Shown here piece after piece: positions 57,140-64,000 of a DNA stretch of 64,000 bases; positions within the stretch are counted from its first letter, which is position 1, and each line of letters begins with the position of its first letter. The stretch comes from Epithemia pelagica (Eukaryota; Protista; Bacillariophyta): NCBI GenBank assembly GCA_946965045.2, contig OX337230.1, positions 1,674,001 through 1,738,000 on the forward strand, read 5' to 3'. The position numbers and the translations under genes are program-made. Under the pieces are notes generated by a model. That model was not told the DNA's origin. It saw only the letters and a program-made list of their open reading frames with translations, and searched no databases.

Positions 57140-57226
57140 TTCTAAGGAGAATATGTTGCAAAACCACCAAGCAGTGCTGTAAAGGCAACGATAAAGCTCT
57201 TTAGGTTAACGTATTCTCCTTAGAAT
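57140..57226 (-). promoter_or_regulatory. Copia B putative initiator, self-primer (57225-57212) and PBS (57153-57140)
   Basis: Perfect 14-bp inverted repeat TTCTAAGGAGAATA / TATTCTCCTTAGAA; the PBS abuts the LTR end; Inr-like TCATTCT with its A at 57226. Confidence 0.7.
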
Positions 57227-57397
57227 GAGCATTCATGCTCCGTTCTTTCTTTTCGTTGCCACGTCGTTCTACCACGATCCATTTTTCCTCAACGGCCTTG
57301 GTCGCGGATTCATCTTCATCTTCATCTTTTGCTTCCGAATTGGTCTGCTCGTCCACCGGTCCCAACAGCTGCCAAGTTGAAACGCAACTTCCTACTA

Positions 57398-57991
57398 AGG
57401 GCTGGGGATACCGATCCATGTACATCTAAGTAGGCTCAGTACAAAAGCTACGTAGAGTACATAAACATAGATAGTACACGTCACACCGGAAATGGTCGGA
57501 AGTCCAAAAAAATGCAAAAACACTCCACGATGACGGCAAAATCCGGTGATGCCGTATGCATTCACTCATGCATCACATCAACATCTTACCACTGTAAGAT
57601 ATTTGAGTTTGTAAGTATGACTGTGTTCTGAAGTTACAGAAGATTTGACAAGTTGGATAGAATGGTATGCTCATTTTTCTGTGGTGATGAAATCGAACGA
57701 CCGCCCTAACTCATTCATTTTTCAAGGGTGCCTGCATCAAATTGAGGGCAAAGTGGATCTAGTAGTAAAGAGTCTTATTCTAGAAGTGATTCAGTCAAGC
57801 TCCATTATTCAGGAAGTTATGGCCATGGGGGCGATGACTTCCACCATTGTCGAGCCAATTGCATTGTTTCTCGTGGCATCAAGTTTTCGATTTGCGACTT
57901 CCGCCCCACTTGTTACACAGACGAAAATAGTACTACGTACGTTAATGTACTGAGCCTACTTAGATGTACATGGATCCGTATCCCCAGCCCT
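57398..57991 (-). mobile_element. MITE copy 2 (594 bp, Tc1/mariner-type TA TSD)
   Basis: 46-bp TIRs AGGGCTGGGGATAC(C/G)GATCCATGTACATCTAAGTAGGCTCAGTACA with 1 mismatch (57398-57443, 57946-57991); TA on both sides; no convincing ORF. Confidence 0.88.
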
Positions 57992-58368
57992 TATATACCT
58001 GTTGCGATTTGCGATAGTCATGGAGAATCCGGGTTAGTTTGGCACACCGGTCAACGGTCAATATCAAAAAATAATTCGGATAACTGAATATCAAAAATCA
58101 ATTCCTCCGCTACAACCTACAACCTACAACAGAATGTTGCGCGCAGCTCGATTACCTAATAGGAGTACCTTGTCCACAAAGGAAGCCGAGTAAGTCGTGT
58201 GAATGTGAACACGACGGACTCTAAACTCTACCATGCTTCAAAAAGTGTCCCAGTCTCCAGTTCGAAAAGGCATCCGGTTGGAAAGGATCGTCATTGATTC
58301 CGATACTATCTCCTCCTAGTCCCACAACAACTGGAAATCTTTAGGTTCACCACTGGTAGAGGATCAGG

Positions 58369-59562
58369 ATGAAGCGTACCGCTCTTTGTCTGTATACCCG
58401 ACGGTCCTGGAAACTGGGAGCGGCCAGTCTCATAGTGGTTTGGATGCTAGGAGTAAATTTTATGCTTTGGTCGAATGTGTCCTCATCTCCCAGGACTCAC
58501 AGTGCCACGGCTTCCACATGCAATAGCACGAACAGTACATTGCAGTCACTACAGACCAACATCAGGAGCCAAAAGAACAAGAAGGAAGAAGAACAAGATA
58601 AGAATCATAATTCGTGGTTGTGGCGATCGACTATCAATAATGCTTCCATGACGGGTGCTTGGGTTGGTAAGGTCTGGATTCCTCCCTATCCGTGGAAACT
58701 TTACAACCTTGTAGAGCTTCAAACAGTCTTTGCAGGACGTCGCATGCTTTGGATTGGGGATTCTACTGCCCGTCGATCGTCCATGGTTTTGTTTTCCATT
58801 CTCAATGAAACAACGAATGACAGCAACAGCAACACCAACAAGGATATTTCCGACCATCAACTGGAACAATCCATTGATGTAAATCGGAGAGAGAAAACCG
58901 AAAATTGTACCAATCGGAGCTGGGCTTCGGCGCATCCGGGAATTTCAATTTGTCGGCATGTGTCTACTGGAATGCCAATGACCAGTACAGCTACCGATGT
59001 GACCTTGTATCCGGCAGCCTGTGTGCAACAAATCAAATCTTTTTTTCGGTCTGAAAATGACGCTTTGTCGACCAATCAGAACAGTAACAGTACATGGGTT
59101 CCCCTTTCTCCCCATTTCGACGTTGTTATCATTTCCTTGGGTATATGGCATGAAATTCGTCCGCGCGATTGTAGGTTGGAACCAGGTCGGACTCTCTCGG
59201 CCGAGGTATCGGACATTGTCGAGAGCATGCAGCATTTGCTCAAGTTACAACCGCACTTGCGCATTGTCTGGCGCACCTCCGGATGGGGTGATCACAAGAA
59301 GGTGGAACGTCAATCGGCTGTCCATTCCTTGAATGAGGCCATTCGAACGTCGATACTCAAGCAACAACAACGACAAGGAGGAGTCAACGCTACGTCAGTT
59401 CCAGGCATTTCCTTTGTGGATTGGGGTAGTGTCGTGGCTGCTCGGTCCAATGACAGGGATCGCATTCAAGGCGATATTAAGGCTCATTATGGATTGGAGG
59501 CCCGTCTCGCATTGATTCAAATGTTGGCCAATCATTTTGTGGCTACTACTGCAGTGAACTAG
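58369..59562 (+). CDS. Type II membrane SGNH-fold protein (PC-esterase/TBL/NXPE-like O-acyltransferase or esterase)
   Basis: N-terminal TM, WIGDSTAR (GDS), SLGIWH, IVWRT, C-terminal GDIKAHYG. Confidence 0.68.
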   Translation: MKRTALCLYTRRSWKLGAASLIVVWMLGVNFMLWSNVSSSPRTHSATASTCNSTNSTLQSLQTNIRSQKNKKEEEQDKNHNSWLWRSTINNASMTGAWVGKVWIPPYPWKLYNLVELQTVFAGRRMLWIGDSTARRSSMVLFSILNETTNDSNSNTNKDISDHQLEQSIDVNRREKTENCTNRSWASAHPGISICRHVSTGMPMTSTATDVTLYPAACVQQIKSFFRSENDALSTNQNSNSTWVPLSPHFDVVIISLGIWHEIRPRDCRLEPGRTLSAEVSDIVESMQHLLKLQPHLRIVWRTSGWGDHKKVERQSAVHSLNEAIRTSILKQQQRQGGVNATSVPGISFVDWGSVVAARSNDRDRIQGDIKAHYGLEARLALIQMLANHFVATTAVN

Positions 59563-59990
59563 GTAGATGTGCTGTTACAGAAACAATTTTAACATAATAT
59601 ACTCTCGGTAGGAGTAAGTCGACCCATTAGACAACTTGGTAGGAGTAGGTAGAGAGAGTTTGCCAGAGGCATGTTTAGGATTTAGGAGTCTGTAAGCTCT
59701 AAGAGATCTCTTGACTAGCGCATCGCTCTGGATCTGAACGCTGCCTATCCCCCAGCGGGAGTGATTGAGTCCCGCAGGCCTCAGTCGGAAAAAAATTGCG
59801 TTATCCTTTTCACCCGTGGGGGTGAGCAAGGGAATGCACCTAATAGTGCGACTGACCGGGTCGACCCTGCTTGGGAGTAGAACGCTGCCTACATTGCTGG
59901 TCGCGTGTACTTTTCGTGCGCAGACTTCAGGAAGAGCAAACCAAGATAAGAGAGCAATGGGTAATAGGAGTAGACGAGAAGAAAGAAAAG

Positions 59991-61607
59991 ATGCCTTCGT
60001 CTGTTTTCATAGACATCCCAACTAGAATCGGAGATGCTGATGAAGGTTCAGCTGTGGGTTCCGAAATTTCATCACTTCCGCATTCTGTCCAGTCCTTCCT
60101 CGAATCTTGCTTCGACCAAGATCCGATCTCGGTTGAAGCTATCAAGTCTTCACAGCAAGAGGTGTTTGTGATACAATACCCATCTAATTCACAACTTAAG
60201 ACAGGGGGAGAAACATGTGTGTCCATGTCGGGGTCTATGGACTCAGCATTGGCTAACTTACGACAGAAGCCGCTTCCAGATTGCGATTCAACGAGTTACG
60301 CAAGCTGTCCTATTTTGTTGTCGGAAGGTGCTGGTTCATCGACGTATTCTGTGTGGCATAGTGGAAACAAAAATATTGTCCTACGCTTCTGGAAAGGAGG
60401 CAGTAGATGGTGGAATCTCAATCGAAAATCAAGTGGAAAAGGAACATTGGACCTGGCAAACGCCGAGCTCGCAGCCTATCAACTTGCCCACATGGCCTTG
60501 GGAGAAAAAATTCCTCGTGTGCTTCACGTGCAATCAACCCAACAAATCAATGAGTCAAGGCATGGTGGCGAAGACGAATTTCTATGGGCCTGTATGGAGT
60601 ATGTAGGACCCCGCAGTACTAGATTCGTATCATCGTCGGTTGAACCTAGTCCTTGGCACTATGAGTCTTACTGGATGGATTCTATGACCAAATCCCGTCA
60701 CGAATTTGGGTTCATGGAACCCCACCCTCGTTGGGGGCGGGTTCCTGTAGATCAGTGTCTTGACTATGCACTCACTGTGCTCAAGCAATTCATCATTCCG
60801 TTGCACAAATGGTGTTTTCAGCTCCACCAGATCTACGGCGAAGCGGAATTTAGCGACAGAACATCGGAGCATCGTACGATTGATTGCGCCGAGAGTTTAA
60901 TTCGTTCTCTTGGAACAGGTGAAGAAGGATACGGAGCTCACACCCTCAAACAAGGATACTCTTTTGGTTCTATGGTTCAGGTTTACCGCCGGGCATACAA
61001 CGATATGGAGGGAATGATCTCTTCACAACAGGACGAACAGGAAAAAAGTCCATCGGGACAAGATATGGAAACATTATCGCATTCGGTGAAAATCTTGGGA
61101 AAATGCATTGAGCAACTCGAACTTGAAATGGATCAAAACGTTGATCATCTTGTTGAGCATTCACTCCCTTTTGTTTTGGTCCACATGGATTGTCAACCTC
61201 AGAATTTGATCTTTGCTCGTACAAACACATCTCCTGTTCTGCAAACGAATACATTACAAGTCTCGTCCGTTTTGGACTGGGAAGAGGCAGCGTACGCCGA
61301 TCCACGGTTTGAATTGCTGTTATTGGGTCGAAAGGTTTGCGCCAATGAAGCACAGGCTCGTCTCATATGGGAGACATATCAACTAACGTTTCGTGAACAT
61401 GCATCATCCGTTAATTTAGGGCCCATCGAACCTTGGCTGCGCCTTGAAACGGTGCACAGTTTGTCCACTCTTTTGCTCCAATCTATGAATCATCAAGAAT
61501 ACGGACGATCACCCTGGGAAACCAAGCCCGATCTATGGGGTAAGGTCTCAAGAGAATTCCAACGATTGGCCAGAGCTGGTTGGACATTTTGTGCCTCCGT
61601 ACAATGA
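59991..61607 (+). CDS. APH/choline-kinase-like phosphotransferase
   Basis: LVHMDCQPQNLIF (Brenner-like motif) and VLDWEEAAYADPRFEL; ATG at 59991. Confidence 0.72.
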   Translation: MPSSVFIDIPTRIGDADEGSAVGSEISSLPHSVQSFLESCFDQDPISVEAIKSSQQEVFVIQYPSNSQLKTGGETCVSMSGSMDSALANLRQKPLPDCDSTSYASCPILLSEGAGSSTYSVWHSGNKNIVLRFWKGGSRWWNLNRKSSGKGTLDLANAELAAYQLAHMALGEKIPRVLHVQSTQQINESRHGGEDEFLWACMEYVGPRSTRFVSSSVEPSPWHYESYWMDSMTKSRHEFGFMEPHPRWGRVPVDQCLDYALTVLKQFIIPLHKWCFQLHQIYGEAEFSDRTSEHRTIDCAESLIRSLGTGEEGYGAHTLKQGYSFGSMVQVYRRAYNDMEGMISSQQDEQEKSPSGQDMETLSHSVKILGKCIEQLELEMDQNVDHLVEHSLPFVLVHMDCQPQNLIFARTNTSPVLQTNTLQVSSVLDWEEAAYADPRFELLLLGRKVCANEAQARLIWETYQLTFREHASSVNLGPIEPWLRLETVHSLSTLLLQSMNHQEYGRSPWETKPDLWGKVSREFQRLARAGWTFCASVQ

Positions 61608-61682
61608 CAAGTCGTCTCGGATGCTTTGTACCCATATAATGCGAACAAGTACATCAAAGCCAACTGAAAGGTAGCTTGTATC

Positions 61683-63584
61683 TCATCCCTTGTTTTGAAG
61701 AACAGCTTCTTCTTGTTCTTCTTCCTCTTCCATAACCTTTGAATCACTTTGTGTTGTGGTGACGATTGAAGACGCTGTATCCGTGTTCTGTTCTTGCTCC
61801 GTTGCGCGCAAAAGCTCGGCCTTGTGTTCGCGCAATATCTTCATAAAGTAATTGGCAATTTGTTGGGCCGACCATCGATGTTGGGGCTCCTTTTGATGGC
61901 ATTTTTCAATGACCAAACGAAACGCTTGAGAAACAATGTCCGTAGCATTTTGGAATTCCGGCAAGAGTTGGGGGGCTTCCCCGGCAATGACTTGTTTTGT
62001 GACCATCTCTTCTCTTTCCAGAATCATTTTGCCTCGGGGTGAAAATGACGTGAAAAGGTGAAAGAGCGTACTTCCCAGTGCATAAATATCTACCTTTTCA
62101 TTGAGCAGTACAGGGTCTGAGGTTGCATTGTTGCTTCGAACTTCTTCGGGACTACGCCACCATGGTGAATGCATGCGCGATTTGAAACCACATGCTTGTT
62201 TCCGGGAAGGATTGTATCGAATGAATTCCGCAATATTGAAATCGTTGATTTTAGGTCGTCCTCCATTAAATAAGGCAATGTTTCGTGGATTGATATCATA
62301 ATGAACTATGAGAGCAGGATATGCTTGGTCCTGTGGCATAACTTGAGCAGGTAGATCAGTACGCCACTGGGAACCAGCGCGATGTACATGAGCCAAGCCA
62401 GTGGCCACACTAGAGGCAACAAACAACCGAAGCAACATGGATCGAGGTTCATATTTACCACGCATCCGACGACTGAGTTTCTCCAATGACTTGATATCAT
62501 CACCGTGGGGGAAGTCAGCATATTCGTTAATGGCGGACTGTCCACAGTATCCATAAATGTTCACAACGTGGGGTGAAAAGGTGAGGCGTTCCATAGCCAC
62601 AGCATCGCGGTTGTGAAGATTGTAGTATTCGAAAAGAAACTCGCGTTCCAGCCTCAGTGTTTTTAACACAACAATATTGCTGTTTTCTCCTTCTACATCA
62701 TCCCAACCCGTATGCCACTCCCACGTTGTACGAAACCATCCGTTGGCTAAAATGCGTAGTTCATGTGTAAGGGACGATGTCACTGGTTCTTCCTCTGTTC
62801 CCTCTGTTTCGTTGGTATTACTGGGACTAGTCTCGGCCTGTGTGGTGATTTGTGGGATGTTTGGCTTGGACCACTGCGATAAAATATACGCCCTCATATC
62901 TATATCATGCATATTGTTGCATGTAGGATAGGATGCTTGCTGCCAATTTGCCATGGGAACGCAATCCTGATCACTGTCCGATATCGGAACGGGAGGCTGA
63001 GTGGATTGTGCCATGTTCTCAGACTCATCTTCTGAATTGTTACGAGAAAGTACCAACTCTGGAAGGTAGGGTATTCTTTCTCTTGTTGAGGGGAACACCA
63101 AAAGTTGTTGCTCGAAAAAGGATGGTTTCAGCTCGTATACGCGTGGATGCCACGTGTTGGCAGGTTTTGGAAGAGTCGCTCTTGTCCTCCTAGGTTTGTC
63201 TTTTAGGTTTTCATTCTTCCATAGTATGGCTGCGGAAAGTGATGAGGAAGAGGCCTCGGATGATTGACGGCCCAAAATCACGAGATTCACCGTGGACAGC
63301 ATCAGCAACAGGAGCACCGTCAAAGCTGCAAGACTGTTCCGAAGAGTCTTCCAGGAAGAAAATGATCTGCTTGATGTCTGATTACAGCACACATTCGAGA
63401 TGAAAAACAATTTGGCTATCGATACTGTTGGAGACAAGATTCTGGATTTGGATGCTTCCATGCCCTTCTCGTCGTCCACACTGAAATGGGATGCTTGTAG
63501 TTCGATAGTGTTCACGGGTGAGACACGCGCTTGGCTTTTGCTCGTCCGTTGACGGATTCCCATCCTTCTTCCAAATCTTTGCAT
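61683..63584 (-). CDS. Type II membrane protein kinase-like protein (PKDCC/VLK-like secretory-pathway kinase)
   Basis: TM LAALTVLLLLMLSTVNLVIL; VVLKTL, VHYDINPRN, INDFN, WRSPEE, KVDIYALG; ATG at 63584. Confidence 0.75.
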   Translation of the reverse strand: MQRFGRRMGIRQRTSKSQARVSPVNTIELQASHFSVDDEKGMEASKSRILSPTVSIAKLFFISNVCCNQTSSRSFSSWKTLRNSLAALTVLLLLMLSTVNLVILGRQSSEASSSSLSAAILWKNENLKDKPRRTRATLPKPANTWHPRVYELKPSFFEQQLLVFPSTRERIPYLPELVLSRNNSEDESENMAQSTQPPVPISDSDQDCVPMANWQQASYPTCNNMHDIDMRAYILSQWSKPNIPQITTQAETSPSNTNETEGTEEEPVTSSLTHELRILANGWFRTTWEWHTGWDDVEGENSNIVVLKTLRLEREFLFEYYNLHNRDAVAMERLTFSPHVVNIYGYCGQSAINEYADFPHGDDIKSLEKLSRRMRGKYEPRSMLLRLFVASSVATGLAHVHRAGSQWRTDLPAQVMPQDQAYPALIVHYDINPRNIALFNGGRPKINDFNIAEFIRYNPSRKQACGFKSRMHSPWWRSPEEVRSNNATSDPVLLNEKVDIYALGSTLFHLFTSFSPRGKMILEREEMVTKQVIAGEAPQLLPEFQNATDIVSQAFRLVIEKCHQKEPQHRWSAQQIANYFMKILREHKAELLRATEQEQNTDTASSIVTTTQSDSKVMEEEEEQEEAVLQNKG

Positions 63585-64000
63585 TAGAATAGGGGAACAA
63601 CACGCACACACACAAGGAGTAGAATGAGCTCTGCAAATGGTTTTTCGCTTTGTTTCTTCTTGTTTGGACCTTCCTTGTTCCTGGCCCGAACACAAAAAAG
63701 ACGCAGACCAAACCAAAATGTGAGAATCGACGACAAGGACCATGCTTGATCGGCTTTCCGGCGCGCGAGGCTCGCTCTATGTGCACGGTGCACGCATGAG
63801 CATCCAAAATTTCTCCACGCTCCACGTGGAAGATCGATGCGCAAAGATCTCCAACCGATGCAGATCCCACGATCTTGACTCTTGACACCTCAGTCGAGTC
63901 ACCCTCACCATGGCGACCATCAAGTTTTTTCTCCTTGCGGCGATACTGCTTCCGTTCTCAGTCTTGAGCTTCCATTCTGTTGCGTCCAATAATCATGGCC

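Larger units (their letters stand above)
42858..57367 (-). mobile_element. Ty1/copia LTR retrotransposon B (outer, CoDi-like), interrupted by element C
   Basis: 214-bp LTRs at 57154-57367 (5') and 42858-43071 (3'), identical by eye; TSD GCTGC (42853-42857, 57368-57372); PPT AAAGGAGTG at 43080-43072. Confidence 0.96.

Overview
Intron-poor, gene-dense eukaryotic DNA that reads as a diatom (inference from ASAF/FAP-type bipartite plastid presequences, 60-115 bp GT-AG introns, CoDi-like Ty1/copia elements and an APE-RT-RNaseH LINE). About 20 host genes (DCAF13, a presequence-bearing proteasome alpha subunit, RsmE, CLP1, SYS1, NPL4, PDCD5, IAH1-like, ISS1-like and others) are interleaved with much mobile DNA. 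The mobile DNA comprises one decayed LINE, three full-length copia LTR retrotransposons with apparently identical LTR pairs and 5-bp TSDs (one nested in another, one splitting a host gene), a DD35D pogo transposon with a second ORF, and two copies of one MITE family. Most striking: none of the three copia elements has a canonical TGG-type primer binding site. Element B has a perfect 14-nt PBS complementary to the predicted 5' end of its own transcript, i.e. Tf1-like self-priming geometry in a Ty1/copia element. Element C has a PBS matching the anticodon arm of a half tRNA-Asn. Element A has a 12-bp palindrome in the PBS position. Elements B and C also carry unrelated extra ORFs upstream of gag-pol. 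Other highlights are a five-exon, about 56% D/E protein not called intact in the ORF track and a bacterial-type nucleotidyltransferase with a possible mitochondrial presequence. All family assignments are from motif recognition only; no database searches were run.
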